A DNA stretch of 64,000 bases. It comes from a virus. Taxonomy: Duplodnaviria; Caudoviricetes. Positions 25,652-35,561 of the stretch are shown piece by piece. The stretch lies in the IMG/VR virus record IMGVR_UViG_3300011577_000001. One strand, given 5' to 3'. How positions within the stretch are numbered: position 1 is the stretch's first letter; every line of letters starts with the position of its first letter. The notes beneath the pieces are model-generated. The model was not told the origin of the DNA. It was given only the letters and a program-made list of their open reading frames with translations, and did not search any database. The position numbers were made by a program, and so were the translations under genes.

Positions 25652-26824
25652 CTACTTAAATGCTAGAAAGATAGCCGCTAGTCCAGTAGCAATGGCGGGA
25701 ACCCACTTGAGAAACTCCGAAGAATCTTTCCTCGCATAACTGCGTTCTTCGTAGTGATCTTTACGTTCAAGCGATGCGATTGCTCGCAGATGCTCTACGC
25801 GTGTTTGTTCCTCTTTTAGCCTGGCCGAAGCTTCGTTGATACGAGCCTCTTCCAGCTTCCACCGGTGCTCCTGCGCTCTTCGGTCACTTTCCTCCGCGAC
25901 GCGCCTTTCATCTATGCTGCGTTTCCACTCCTCGTGTTCCTGGTCCCGCTGTAGACGCTCAAGTCGAAGGCGATGCTCCGTCTCCTTCAAGTCATGAGCA
26001 AACTGGTCCAGTTCACGTTTCCTTTCCGCTGCAAGGTCTCCCAATACCATTGCATCTTCATAGGACTTAAACATCCCCAGGAATTCCTCAGCTTCCGGGA
26101 AGGCGAAGTAATCTGACCTAGGTGCACCGACTCCCCCATGTTCGGAAACAGGCGCGGTGGATGCTCGATAGACACCAGACTTTCGTCCAGGGTCTTTCGT
26201 GGGCTGCACTAGGAAGATTTCTTTGTTGATGTTAATGAAACGAGGTCCAAAGATGTCTTCGTTATCGACAATCTGTAGGAAGTACCCCACCGCTCCCACG
26301 GTGTTGATCGTTTCGTTCTCTGCTACTAGGCGGTTGCGAATTCCTTCCATACTGAAAGGATGATGCGGGACATAACCCCCTTGCATCGTGGAAACCACGA
26401 CGTCAAGGTTTACTAGGTATAATGATCCTCCAGATGCGGCTACGTCAGCCTCATCAACTCCGTAGTCCACTTGGGCATGACACTGCCCCATTCGCTGTCG
26501 CACACTTCCCTGAAGGACTGCATCACGCAAAGCGCGCATTCCATCAGAGGTAGCATTTGATAGGCGGTCTACGTCAATCTTTACACCGTGTCGATACTTG
26601 ATCGTGTATCGCACGATGAATTTGTTTAGAGCCTTGACATTCATTGGCTGAATGGTAAGGGGCATTCCAGAACGGTCAACTAATGTAACGGGAACACGAA
26701 ACCCGTTATAAAACTCCTTCTCTATGGAAAGTTGTGCACCGGGACCTAATTCAAGTGCACCAGGCACTTCGGTCAGGGATGCTTCTCGATTTATCAGTTG
26801 GTTGTTGTGGATATATTGGCTCAT
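25652..26824 (-). CDS. Hypothetical protein with coiled coil and C-terminal membrane anchor
   Basis: E/R-rich helical region; hydrophobic tail WVPAIATGLAAIFLAFK; downstream of an early promoter. Confidence 0.75.
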   Translation of the reverse strand: MSQYIHNNQLINREASLTEVPGALELGPGAQLSIEKEFYNGFRVPVTLVDRSGMPLTIQPMNVKALNKFIVRYTIKYRHGVKIDVDRLSNATSDGMRALRDAVLQGSVRQRMGQCHAQVDYGVDEADVAASGGSLYLVNLDVVVSTMQGGYVPHHPFSMEGIRNRLVAENETINTVGAVGYFLQIVDNEDIFGPRFININKEIFLVQPTKDPGRKSGVYRASTAPVSEHGGVGAPRSDYFAFPEAEEFLGMFKSYEDAMVLGDLAAERKRELDQFAHDLKETEHRLRLERLQRDQEHEEWKRSIDERRVAEESDRRAQEHRWKLEEARINEASARLKEEQTRVEHLRAIASLERKDHYEERSYARKDSSEFLKWVPAIATGLAAIFLAFK

Positions 26825-26904
26825 GCTTGTTCACACTGTGAATAGGTAAGATCTATTGATTCACTTTTGATAGAGCATGCGATTCCTCTGTGGTTGGTCA
26901 CTTT

Positions 26905-26930
26905 GATAATATACACTTGAGTTTGCTTTG
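26905..26930 (-). promoter_or_regulatory. phiKZ-type early promoter (TATATTAT variant)
   Basis: - strand CAAAGCAAACTCAAGTGTATATTATC; matches four other copies in the window. Confidence 0.7.
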
Positions 26931-26939
26931 AATAGAGAC

Positions 26940-27040
26940 GGCATAAAAGAAGGAATTCCTCCTGAGCCCGAAAGCTCAGGAGGGTTCCTTTGAGTCCCCA
27001 CTTAAAGGACACTCCAAAGGAGCCGAAGCTCCTAAGGAGG
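26940..27040 (-). terminator. Tandem hairpin terminators downstream of the major capsid gene
   Basis: AAGGAATTCCTCCTGAGC..GCTCAGGAGGGTTCCTT and CTCC..GGAGC-CGAA-GCTCC..GGAG stems; TTTTATGCC tail on - strand. Confidence 0.75.
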
Positions 27041-27098
27041 TGTAACCAACCGTAGACCATCAAGTCTAGTGGTTGTGACCAGTTCAGCCAACGGTCGC

Positions 27099-29282
27099 TT
27101 ACGGTTGCTCTTGAGTAGCAACCACGATTTTGTTGGTGAGAACTTTGTCCAACCCCTTCACTTTGATGATGGCCAGGGCAGGGAGGTGGTTGATGTGCAG
27201 GTTACGCGGCTGCACCATGGCTTCCGGGTAAGTACCGCCATCACGCTGCACCATCATGCTGGAAGCCAGCTCAGGAATCCACGCGTGCACACCGAAGGTG
27301 AGCGGGTCGATGCCTTCGGATTGGCCCATGCGGGTCAGACCGATGATGATGGTGTCCTTCATACGGAAGTCGAAGGAGGACTCGATCTGGTACTCGGGGA
27401 ACGCGATACCGAAGGTACGGCTGTCGCCCACGACCATCAGGTGACGTTGCAGAACCACGTCAGTACCGATCAGCAGCTTCGGCTGTTGCGAGCCAGTTAC
27501 GGCAGCGTTCAGCGCAGGCTGGTAGCCGGTGTCGCGGTACATGCGGTAGGACACGTCACGAATGGCGTTGACCAGGATGGCGTTGATGTCCTGGGCACGG
27601 TCCATGTCACGGATGGAGTTGATCTCTTGCTCCAGATCGATTTCCTTCTCTTCGAAGAAGGGCTTGATCAGGAAGCGACCAACACCTTCCACTTCAGGGA
27701 TGGTGTCCTGGCGCTTGACGGCCTTGGCGTAGGCCTTCAGGGTTTCGGCGTAGTTCAACAGGCGGGTGACCGCGTTGTTGGTGTTACGCACGCGCACGGC
27801 GTTGATCAGCATTTCCAGGTCGCGAGCGTCGCGGTTAGAACCGGCCGGGGAAGGCGCGGAGATCGGAGCACCCAGCGGGATGTGGAAACGGAAGGTACGG
27901 TCGTTGGTGTCCAGCAGCAGACCACGGGTACGACGGTTGCTGTTGGTACGAGCAGCCTTCAGATCGTAAGCCACGACCTTGGCGTCTTTCAGCGAAGCGA
28001 CGATCGGAGCACCAGCGCCGGAGACCAGGCTGATTTCCTTGCCGTCAGCATCGATGATGCTGTCGACGGTTACAGGCGAGCTGTAAACGCGGCCGTTGCC
28101 GAGCTGAGTGTCGAAGTCGCCGTTCAGGTTCACAGCCAGGCGTACGGTGACGTTGGCGGTGGTGATGGCGGCCAGCAGGGTCGGAGCAACACCGGCGGTG
28201 GTGAGAGTGTCTTTGTCCAGGACCAGGTCAGCGGTCTTGAAGTTCAGGTTCATCTCACGGTTGGCGCCTTCAACCGACTTCACGAAGTGGCTGCGAGCCA
28301 GACGGGAGGTCACGTACTTCACAGCTTCGCCGTCGGCGAGCTGGATGTAGATGTTCTCCAGACCGATCGAGTTGTCGATCGCGTCGGTGTGGTCGATGAT
28401 GCCAGCGCCGATCAGGCCTGGGTGTTGGGACAGGCCCAGCAGGTTCAGCTCAACGTTGATCGCCAGCGGAGCGGTCGGAACGTCGATGTTGGAGATGCGA
28501 CGAACGGTCGGAGCAACCAGAGTAGCGTCGATGAACTTGTCGGCGTTGCCGCCGTTGGCCAGAACGACCGGGATCAGGCTGGTGGATTCGTCGGCCAGGA
28601 TTTTGTGGTCCATGGCAGCGTCGACCAGGTTCTTACGGTTCCAGTCAGTCACCTTACCGGTGTTGCTGTGCTGGATGGCGTTGTGCACCAGGGTACGACG
28701 GACGGTGATGTCCAGGCCGCCTTGCTCCGGCGGAACGACGGTGGTCGGGTACCACATCTCGGAGAAGCTGTCCTGGACAGCGGCCTTGACGTTGAACACG
28801 ATGGAGTACGGCAGGAACTTGGCCAGCTCACGCTCGTCGAAGCTTTCCAGGGACGGGGTGTCACGGGTGTCAACGACACCAGCAGCGCCGCTCGAACCGA
28901 TGTCGACGACGTTGTCGCCGGAAGCGGTGGAACGCATGGCGACTTCGGCGTACTCGGCCGGGTTACCAGCAGCCATGGCGGCGATCGCACCGGCTTGCAG
29001 TTGGGTTTCGGTCAGATCTTCTTCGCCGTCTTCGCCAGTCTCACCGTCTTCCAGGGACGGACGCAGGGCAGCGAAGGCTTCTTTGATCTCACGACCCATG
29101 TCCTTGGCGCGGCGATCCAGTTCAGCGAACTGGCCTTCGTCCAGGGATTCCATGGAGATCAGTTGACCGGTGATTTCACGCGAAGCAACGTCGGTGCCTT
29201 GAGCAGCGATGGTTTGGCGCAGGGCCGAGACGACGTTGTTCAGAGGCGAACCAGCAGAGCCTTTGAATTTCAGGAATGACAT
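27099..29282 (-). CDS. Major capsid protein (phiKZ gp120-like)
   Basis: 727 aa; acidic propeptide with SME/SLE sites (PSLESFDE); QDSFSEMWYPT, RTNSNRRTRG, VQPRNLHINHLP motifs; extreme codon bias; synteny with DnaB. Confidence 0.85.
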   Translation of the reverse strand: MSFLKFKGSAGSPLNNVVSALRQTIAAQGTDVASREITGQLISMESLDEGQFAELDRRAKDMGREIKEAFAALRPSLEDGETGEDGEEDLTETQLQAGAIAAMAAGNPAEYAEVAMRSTASGDNVVDIGSSGAAGVVDTRDTPSLESFDERELAKFLPYSIVFNVKAAVQDSFSEMWYPTTVVPPEQGGLDITVRRTLVHNAIQHSNTGKVTDWNRKNLVDAAMDHKILADESTSLIPVVLANGGNADKFIDATLVAPTVRRISNIDVPTAPLAINVELNLLGLSQHPGLIGAGIIDHTDAIDNSIGLENIYIQLADGEAVKYVTSRLARSHFVKSVEGANREMNLNFKTADLVLDKDTLTTAGVAPTLLAAITTANVTVRLAVNLNGDFDTQLGNGRVYSSPVTVDSIIDADGKEISLVSGAGAPIVASLKDAKVVAYDLKAARTNSNRRTRGLLLDTNDRTFRFHIPLGAPISAPSPAGSNRDARDLEMLINAVRVRNTNNAVTRLLNYAETLKAYAKAVKRQDTIPEVEGVGRFLIKPFFEEKEIDLEQEINSIRDMDRAQDINAILVNAIRDVSYRMYRDTGYQPALNAAVTGSQQPKLLIGTDVVLQRHLMVVGDSRTFGIAFPEYQIESSFDFRMKDTIIIGLTRMGQSEGIDPLTFGVHAWIPELASSMMVQRDGGTYPEAMVQPRNLHINHLPALAIIKVKGLDKVLTNKIVVATQEQP

Positions 29283-29451
29283 ATCGATGTGTCCTTTTTA
29301 CTTTCACGAAAGTACAAGTGGGGTGGAATCGGCACGCTGCCTTACCAGTTGCGACTAAACAACGGTATCGGTTATAGCTGCTATATAATTAAACATTTAC
29401 AGCAAACCGAGTTGCAGAGTCATTGAAACATAAAATACGTATTTACGTACT

Positions 29452-29994
29452 TCAAGGTTTACCGAGAGAAGCAAGCCACTCACGGAAGAAGTCGGAACGA
29501 GCGACGTTCACCAATCCACTAGCGATAACCCAGCGGGTCATCAGCTCGTCCAGGAAGGTCTCTCCGTTGACATAGGGAGATTCGCCCATCTGTCCTAAGA
29601 TAGGTGTAACAATTAACGTATCGGATTCCACGGACTGTACAGTGAGAGTGTACTCGTCATTGGAAGCATCGTCGCGTCCAAGCCATGCCTCATCAGCATT
29701 GAAGCTGGAAACACCCTTGGCTCGCATGTAGTCAACAATCTGACTGATCTTGCGATACCTATCTTCTGAACCCTTCGGTGGGTCACACAGAAGTAAGGTG
29801 CAAGTCGACGGGAAGGTCTCCGCGAAGGCGCGGGAGAACAGTGCTTCACGCTTCTCGTTGAGCAGCACATATTTGGCTACATCCTCAGGGGATAGTATAG
29901 CCGTCAACTGGTGGAAGTCGTTCACCGTTGCTAAATCGACTTTAGCGTATTCCAGGGCTTTCTTAAGCCACAGGGGTACCAAGACTACTCTCAT
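29452..29994 (-). CDS. Hypothetical/virion protein between capsid and helicase genes (gp119-like position)
   Basis: 180 aa ORF; synteny. Confidence 0.6.
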   Translation of the reverse strand: MRVVLVPLWLKKALEYAKVDLATVNDFHQLTAILSPEDVAKYVLLNEKREALFSRAFAETFPSTCTLLLCDPPKGSEDRYRKISQIVDYMRAKGVSSFNADEAWLGRDDASNDEYTLTVQSVESDTLIVTPILGQMGESPYVNGETFLDELMTRWVIASGLVNVARSDFFREWLASLGKP

Positions 29995-30021
29995 TTATAC
30001 AGACTCCGCGTTAGGAAAACC

Positions 30022-31575
30022 GTGATGGATGAAAAACTGCTATTGATACAGGTGATCACACTCCTGTATCGAGAAAGCCAACTGGAGACTCGTAACTCAA
30101 ACTCGAGCGAGCTGGCTGCCTCAGTTGTGGCCACTGTCCGTATCCCAGAAACGGCAATGGAGGCCGACCGCGGACGTGAATCGCTCAAGGCTCTGAGAAA
30201 CACCGCATTGTGGATGATCTCTAATCCTCCGAGCCAGGATTATGACAGGACTATCCTGCTTCAAAAGATACGTGTAAACGTAGGCGACGAGGACGAGCTG
30301 TATCAAGCCTTCGAAGCTGCAACCCACCCGATCGAAAACGAGATCTGGTTGAAGAAGGCGATCCTTGAGTATCGTGCTGAACTGAACTCGTATATGAACC
30401 GGGCTCAGATCACTGAGATCTTGAAGCAGGCGTATTCGGCTTCGACCTTCAATCCGCACACCGTCGATTGGAAGAACTTCGTCCATGACATCATGGGGAA
30501 TCTGGAACCGCTGGCTCAGATGCAGACAGTGGAGCAGAACCCTGCCATTGTAGGCTCTGTAGACCTCGATGACGACGAAGCTGTGATGGCCCTGATGAAC
30601 CAGGCGCAGGAAGAGCTTTCGACCAATGGCGTGCTTCGTACGGGCTGGCAGGGCGTCAACCGCATGTGTGGTGACCAAGACGGTTTCCGTCGTGGTGAGT
30701 TCATTCTGGTTGGTGCACTGCAACACAACTTTAAAACAGGCTTTACCTTGAACCTGTTTAAACAGTTTGCGCTGTACAACCGTCCGTACATGCGTGATCC
30801 GTCGAAGAAACCACTGCTCCTGCACATCTCGGCAGAGAACAACCTCATCGACAACGTTATGCAGCTCTACGTCTCTATTAAGGAGAACGAAACGGGCGAG
30901 GCAGTATCTATCCGTGGGGTAGATCAGAAAGAAGCTGCTGCGTACGTTAAGAGCCGCCTGATGGGCAACGGTTACAACATCCGCATGCTGCGGGTGGACC
31001 CATCGATGTTCAGCTACCGCGACCTGTTCGACTTGATCACCAAGTACGAGTCGGAAGGTTTCGAAGTACACTGCTGTGTGTTCGACTACCTGAACATGAT
31101 CTCGAAGAAGGGCTGCCAACAAGGTCCTCACGGCTTCGAGACACGCGACCTCGTGCGTCGTGTGCGTAACTTCACTGCACCCCGTGGTATCACCTTCATT
31201 ACCCCACACCAGCTCTCCACGCAAGCCAAAGAGTTGGTACGGCAACAGATCGAGAACTTCGTTCAAGAGATTGCCAACAAAGGCTACTACGACTCCTGCC
31301 GAACGGTCGACCAAGAGGTTGACATGGAGATCACGATTCACATCGAGAAATTCAACGGCGAGAGTTACCTCACTATTCAACGCGGTAAACACCGTAAGGT
31401 TACGATCACTCCAGAGAAAGACCTGTACTGCGTTCTCAAGTTCGAGAAGATTGGTAACATCCCTGACGACTACGGTAAAGAAGACCGCACCCTTAAGAAA
31501 GTGGGCGGACGACCGGCAGCGGAAGGTGGCAACGCAAACGTCTGGTGGGATTCGCAAGAACCAATAGCTGCATAA
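30022..31575 (+). CDS. dnaB: DnaB-like SF4 replicative helicase (phiKZ gp118-like)
   Basis: LRTGWQGVN, variant Walker A GALQHNFKTG, Walker B VFDYLN, PHQLS, QRGKHR. Confidence 0.85.
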   Translation: MMDEKLLLIQVITLLYRESQLETRNSNSSELAASVVATVRIPETAMEADRGRESLKALRNTALWMISNPPSQDYDRTILLQKIRVNVGDEDELYQAFEAATHPIENEIWLKKAILEYRAELNSYMNRAQITEILKQAYSASTFNPHTVDWKNFVHDIMGNLEPLAQMQTVEQNPAIVGSVDLDDDEAVMALMNQAQEELSTNGVLRTGWQGVNRMCGDQDGFRRGEFILVGALQHNFKTGFTLNLFKQFALYNRPYMRDPSKKPLLLHISAENNLIDNVMQLYVSIKENETGEAVSIRGVDQKEAAAYVKSRLMGNGYNIRMLRVDPSMFSYRDLFDLITKYESEGFEVHCCVFDYLNMISKKGCQQGPHGFETRDLVRRVRNFTAPRGITFITPHQLSTQAKELVRQQIENFVQEIANKGYYDSCRTVDQEVDMEITIHIEKFNGESYLTIQRGKHRKVTITPEKDLYCVLKFEKIGNIPDDYGKEDRTLKKVGGRPAAEGGNANVWWDSQEPIAA

Positions 31576-31617
31576 AGTCGAAAACAAGCAAAAAAAAAGA
31601 GTCTAACGCGGACTCCA

Positions 31618-31647
31618 GAGTGTAGAGACCCGAAGGTCTCTACACTC
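31618..31647. terminator. Terminator hairpin between convergent genes
   Basis: GAGTGTAGAGACC-CGAA-GGTCTCTACACTC perfect 13-bp stem. Confidence 0.8.
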
Positions 31648-31654
31648 GCCCTGA

Positions 31655-31993
31655 TTATGCCTCTTCTTTTCCGAGCGCCATGTGGAGTGCGAAGTAAGCT
31701 TGGCGAACAGCGTCTTCGAACGTGTGCGACCAGACGGTAACTTCTTCCTCGTCATCGTCCAGCGGCAAGCTGGTGATCTGTACGATGCGATCCACTTCGA
31801 GCATGGCGTGCACTACGTCGTCGGAGAGCCCGGCAATGGTTTGCAGATGTTCGACAGCGTCTTCGATGGAGCCCTTGCCATCCTTGTACTCATTGATGAG
31901 GATAGTCAAGCTACCCCCGGTGAGTTCTTGGATGCCAATCAACATTACTTCCAGAGTCAGTTCTGGCGCCTCTGGAGCGCTGTTGTCCATCAT
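31655..31993 (-). CDS. Hypothetical acidic early protein
   Basis: ATGA coupling with the upstream gene. Confidence 0.65.
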   Translation of the reverse strand: MMDNSAPEAPELTLEVMLIGIQELTGGSLTILINEYKDGKGSIEDAVEHLQTIAGLSDDVVHAMLEVDRIVQITSLPLDDDEEEVTVWSHTFEDAVRQAYFALHMALGKEEA

Positions 31994-32364
31994 TCTTCGG
32001 CGCTCGCTTCACGGACTACGGTAGGACGCATTACAATGTCCTCGAGGTAGTCGTTGGTTTCTTCGAAGTCAAACAGCGTGGCAGAACGAGTGAGGTACTC
32101 GAGCACACGGAAGGTGACTTGGAAGACTTCGCCGGTGTCTTCGCCGCGGACGTGATAGCCCATGTGACGAAGCTTCTTAAGCATCGCCGCGATGCTGACG
32201 TCTTTGATGCGATCGGTCTTGGTGACGAACTTACGCATCTCGGTACGAGTGAACTCGATGGTGATGTCGCTGGTGACGCCCAGCTTGATCAGGAGTTCGA
32301 AACGATCGCAGATCAGTTTGTTGATGTGGTCGGCCAGGTCTTTGGTTTTAACAGCTACAGTCAT
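31990..32364 (-). CDS. Hypothetical early protein
   Basis: AAGG RBS; strong codon bias. Confidence 0.7.
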   Translation of the reverse strand: MTVAVKTKDLADHINKLICDRFELLIKLGVTSDITIEFTRTEMRKFVTKTDRIKDVSIAAMLKKLRHMGYHVRGEDTGEVFQVTFRVLEYLTRSATLFDFEETNDYLEDIVMRPTVVREASAEE

Positions 32365-32428
32365 TCTTACATTTCCTTCTAAGGATTATTCAATTTGGTC
32401 CAAGGGTTACTTTCGTAACCCAAGGTTA

Positions 32429-32701
32429 TTACTGCTTGCCTGGGAAGTAGGGATCGAGAATCCAGATTTCTTTCTCGTGCTCGGTACCGATCTGACCGTC
32501 TTTCACTTGACGGATTTTGACGTTCGGAACGTAGACCATGCTTTCGCTGACAGTCGGCATATTCCCCTCGACGCCGTAGATAGCGTAAGTGGTGTTCTTG
32601 ACGATGGCACCGTAGCCTGCCTCGATCGCTTCGACTTTACTTTGTCCGTTGTTGGAAAGGACTTTCCAGTGATGATCTGGGTTTCTATTTGTATTGCTCA
32701 T
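32429..32701 (-). CDS. Hypothetical early protein
   Basis: AGGAGG RBS; first gene after a TATATTAC promoter. Confidence 0.7.
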   Translation of the reverse strand: MSNTNRNPDHHWKVLSNNGQSKVEAIEAGYGAIVKNTTYAIYGVEGNMPTVSESMVYVPNVKIRQVKDGQIGTEHEKEIWILDPYFPGKQ

Positions 32702-32767
32702 TATTACCTCCTAAGGTACTTAAGTTATCAAAGGAACAATTTAGATTAGTCTAATCTGTTCACCTAG

Positions 32768-32792
32768 GTAATATACACTTGAGATTTCTTTG
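32768..32792 (-). promoter_or_regulatory. phiKZ-type early promoter (TATATTAC)
   Basis: - strand AAAGAAATCTCAAGTGTATATTAC. Confidence 0.8.
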
Positions 32793-32990
32793 GATCAGTA
32801 TGTTTCTACTTTTCCCCTGTATGTCTCGAGTTTTGTAAATTCGTACATACCTGACCTAGTTAATGAGAGCGATATGATATCGCCTCATGGGGAAATTAAT
32901 AACAACACGCAACTAGGATAACGTACCAATGGAAGCGCTAATACGCGATTGCCAAGGAGCACGTCACCAGGGAGCTAAAGGGTGGCGTAA

Positions 32991-33359
32991 ATGGGCAATC
33001 GCATCGGTACAGTAGCTGTAGATACACCTGCAACAAAATCTCTCTTTGCTGTAAAACCCCTAACGGGATGGCAAACTGATAGTTTGGCTTTGGCGGTTGC
33101 AAGCTCTCTAATGCTTCGACACCCCCTTCGCTACGTGGATTTGAAACACCGCGTCTGTGAACCAGCAACAGAAGCTTTTCGCTTTGTCGAGTCGCCCCTT
33201 GGGCACCACGAAGGAATCGTTCTGTCTATCTTGTCGGGTCCGCATCATCCGTTGCTAAGGCAAGTTTATGCACACACCCGTAATTATGTGAGAGAGTTCC
33301 TCGAACTTTCACAACCGGTGTTCCCGTGGCCAATGGGCATAAAAGCCCAAATGTCCTAG
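32991..33359 (+). CDS. Hypothetical protein
   Basis: 122 aa ORF ending at a bidirectional hairpin. Confidence 0.45.
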   Translation: MGNRIGTVAVDTPATKSLFAVKPLTGWQTDSLALAVASSLMLRHPLRYVDLKHRVCEPATEAFRFVESPLGHHEGIVLSILSGPHHPLLRQVYAHTRNYVREFLELSQPVFPWPMGIKAQMS

Positions 33360-33408
33360 CAACCTTCTTCGGAGGGTTGCTAGGACAGTCACGGTTCTTT
33401 ATGCCGTC
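33336..33408. terminator. Bidirectional terminator
   Basis: GGCATAAAAG..TGTCCTAGCAACCTTC-TTCG-GAGGGTTGCTAGGACA..TTTATGCCGTC. Confidence 0.75.
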
Positions 33409-33824
33409 AGCTTCTTTTTAGGGATGCCCGCATGTGGGAACAGTCGCAGGGTAGTTGCGTACCCATAGGTGTTTCCACTGTAACCGTGAGTTTTTGGTAG
33501 ATGTACTTCAAACACAGTAACACCGCATTCCTTGAACTTACGCTCCAGATAGGAGCCCAAGGAGACGATGAGGTCAATCTCTTTGTGTTCTGCGACCGAG
33601 TGTAGGGCGCCGTTCACCTCCATTTGAAAGTATTGCTTCCTGGTTGCAAAACCATCGGCCTTCTTGTTGTAGGAGAAGAATCCTACTGCATCCATTCCCT
33701 GGTGATTGGGAGCTTCGGCTAACAAGATGATTTTGGTATTGTCGGTTAAAGCTAGGCCATCTCTACGCTCCACCGCTGCTTCAATGGTTGCCATCTCTCG
33801 TACTCCATATCCCATTGATGACAA
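33399..33824 (-). CDS. Hypothetical protein
   Basis: 141 aa ORF; start uncertain. Confidence 0.55.
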   Translation of the reverse strand: MSSMGYGVREMATIEAAVERRDGLALTDNTKIILLAEAPNHQGMDAVGFFSYNKKADGFATRKQYFQMEVNGALHSVAEHKEIDLIVSLGSYLERKFKECGVTVFEVHLPKTHGYSGNTYGYATTLRLFPHAGIPKKKLTA

Positions 33825-33935
33825 GAGAAACTCGGGGAGTTTATCTGTTGTGTTAAGTGTTGGCAGTTACACCTCGGTTTTGTTATTGGATGCTTCCTGC
33901 CTAGCGACGCTGAGCACGTCACATGATACGGGGCT

Positions 33936-34442
33936 TTATGCCGTCAGTTGACGTTGAGCCCACAGCGCTTCCTGTTCGCGCTTTGCCGGATCATTGCTAG
34001 GTTCAGTCACATTGAAGGTGATCTGATACAACTTAACAGCGTTGTAGATGGTCGCAGCGGTGACTTCTGGAACTTCGAGTACCTTCATAGCCTCCAACAG
34101 AACCAGATCGGCCTGTGGCCTTGTGATGCGTTTTGGAACGCCGTCTACGGTGATGGACAGGTATTCACAGAGGATGTCGTGAACCACTGCTGCCTGACCG
34201 TAAGCGCCCCATGGTGGAATGATCGACCAGAACGCTCGAGGTACCGAAGCACCATCCGTCAGATAGCCCGCAGGAACGTCGACCCACTGATTGCTACCCT
34301 TAGCCCCAAGGTAGTAGCGAAACCCTTTCATAACGCGCCAGTAGTCCTTACCGAGGCGTTTACTGGCTTCATGGTCGTAGGTAACCATCAGCTCAGCATC
34401 GAACTTTGTAAACCCTAGCAGTTGTGTCATGTTTAGCCCCAT
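33936..34442 (-). CDS. DUF1353 family protein
   Basis: VPAGYLTDGASVPR..W..IPPWG.Y..AAVVHD.L..R..AD.V. Confidence 0.85.
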   Translation of the reverse strand: MGLNMTQLLGFTKFDAELMVTYDHEASKRLGKDYWRVMKGFRYYLGAKGSNQWVDVPAGYLTDGASVPRAFWSIIPPWGAYGQAAVVHDILCEYLSITVDGVPKRITRPQADLVLLEAMKVLEVPEVTAATIYNAVKLYQITFNVTEPSNDPAKREQEALWAQRQLTA

Positions 34443-34600
34443 GCTTTATATAGCTCGTAGCAGCTCCAGCTTACTACGGCCGTGATAAACAAACCATGTC
34501 CCCAATAGAAGCACAAGTCCCGCTTTGTCATTGGAACTTACCTCAGTAAATAAAGACATAAGAATGGGGCAAAAAAAAGAGGGCCCGAAGGCCCCCTTGA

Positions 34601-34990
34601 TTAATGAACAGTAGTCGGCGCGTAGAATACACGCTCACCCTGGCGATATTCCTGCAAATGCAGGCGCTTCCAAGGAATCACATTGCCCGCTTCCATTCGC
34701 TCGAGCAGGTCAGGGTTGGTGTTGTGCAGCGAGATCGGATTGCCGTAAGGCTTCAGTGCCTCTACGAGTGCAGGGTCGGTCATGACTTCCAACGACACCT
34801 TACGGCGGTTCTTGACTTCACGGGAAGTCGTGATGCGGTCGATGAGTCCGAGCTGTTGGAACTTGATGTTGAAATACACGTATCCGCCGGACGCCTTCTT
34901 GACAGCCACGTATGGCTGGTTCGGATCGAATGTACCGGTTTCAATACCCACGGGAACTGCCACTTCACGGCGCAGACTAAGCAGGCTCAT
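34601..34990 (-). CDS. Hypothetical protein
   Basis: Overlaps the DHFR stop; hairpin terminator at 34579-34598 downstream. Confidence 0.65.
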   Translation of the reverse strand: MSLLSLRREVAVPVGIETGTFDPNQPYVAVKKASGGYVYFNIKFQQLGLIDRITTSREVKNRRKVSLEVMTDPALVEALKPYGNPISLHNTNPDLLERMEAGNVIPWKRLHLQEYRQGERVFYAPTTVH

Positions 34991-35561
34991 CTTTTATCAC
35001 CTTTCGTTTCAATACGTTAATGTCGAATTTAGATTCCTGGGCGTGGAAGATACTCTGCCAGTCCAGGGGATTCCATTCGGGAAAATACGTATCGCACTGG
35101 TAAGTCTCAGGGAACTGGGTGATCACCATCTCATCAACCAGATCCTTCTCCAAGACCTCAGCGTAAAGCTGTGCCCCTCCAATGACCACAGGGTTCAGTA
35201 AAGCAACCCCTTGTGCGCGACTCCAATTTTCCCTTACGGCATCGCAAAGCTGGAACGCATGTTCCAGATCACGAGCCACATACAGCCCGAAGCGCAGGTA
35301 GTCCCTGACGTAGTCTTTCCTCGACAGTACGATCAGGGCGCGACCTGGTAGCAACGGTTGTTCTTCACTACTCCACGATTGATCTGTGGGCAGCTTCTTA
35401 CGCTCGATCAGGGAGTCGACGGTTTTACTCCCAGCGATCAAGATCCGACCGTTGGTATACGCAAAGAACCGTTGCAGGTCCTCTGGGCAATGCCACGGTA
35501 ATTCATTGTTGAGTCCGATGCCCCGTTCAGCATCCATCGCCGCAATCAGATTCACTCGCAT
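34977..35561 (-). CDS. folA: Dihydrofolate reductase
   Basis: LIAAMDAERGIGLNNELPWHCPEDLQRF, LPGR.LIVLSR, VIGGAQLY, CDTYFP. Confidence 0.92.
   Translation of the reverse strand: MRVNLIAAMDAERGIGLNNELPWHCPEDLQRFFAYTNGRILIAGSKTVDSLIERKKLPTDQSWSSEEQPLLPGRALIVLSRKDYVRDYLRFGLYVARDLEHAFQLCDAVRENWSRAQGVALLNPVVIGGAQLYAEVLEKDLVDEMVITQFPETYQCDTYFPEWNPLDWQSIFHAQESKFDINVLKRKVIKDEPA

Noticed and set aside
27069-29279. 736-aa + strand ORF antisense to the capsid gene (likewise 21643..23976, 43904..46258, 30121..31587, 39838..41346, 58111..59424, 19369..20763)
   Set aside because: These mirror strongly codon-biased real genes codon for codon, so antisense stops are rare. They have no motifs or RBS and a V/G/D/H-rich shadow composition.
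29425-29440. Late TATG promoter ~150 nt upstream of the capsid gene
   Set aside because: Plausible, but a 4-bp motif cannot be supported from sequence alone.
32700-32990. AT-rich intergenic region as a replication origin or ncRNA
   Set aside because: Explained by divergent promoters and a 5' leader hairpin; no iterons or recognisable RNA fold seen.
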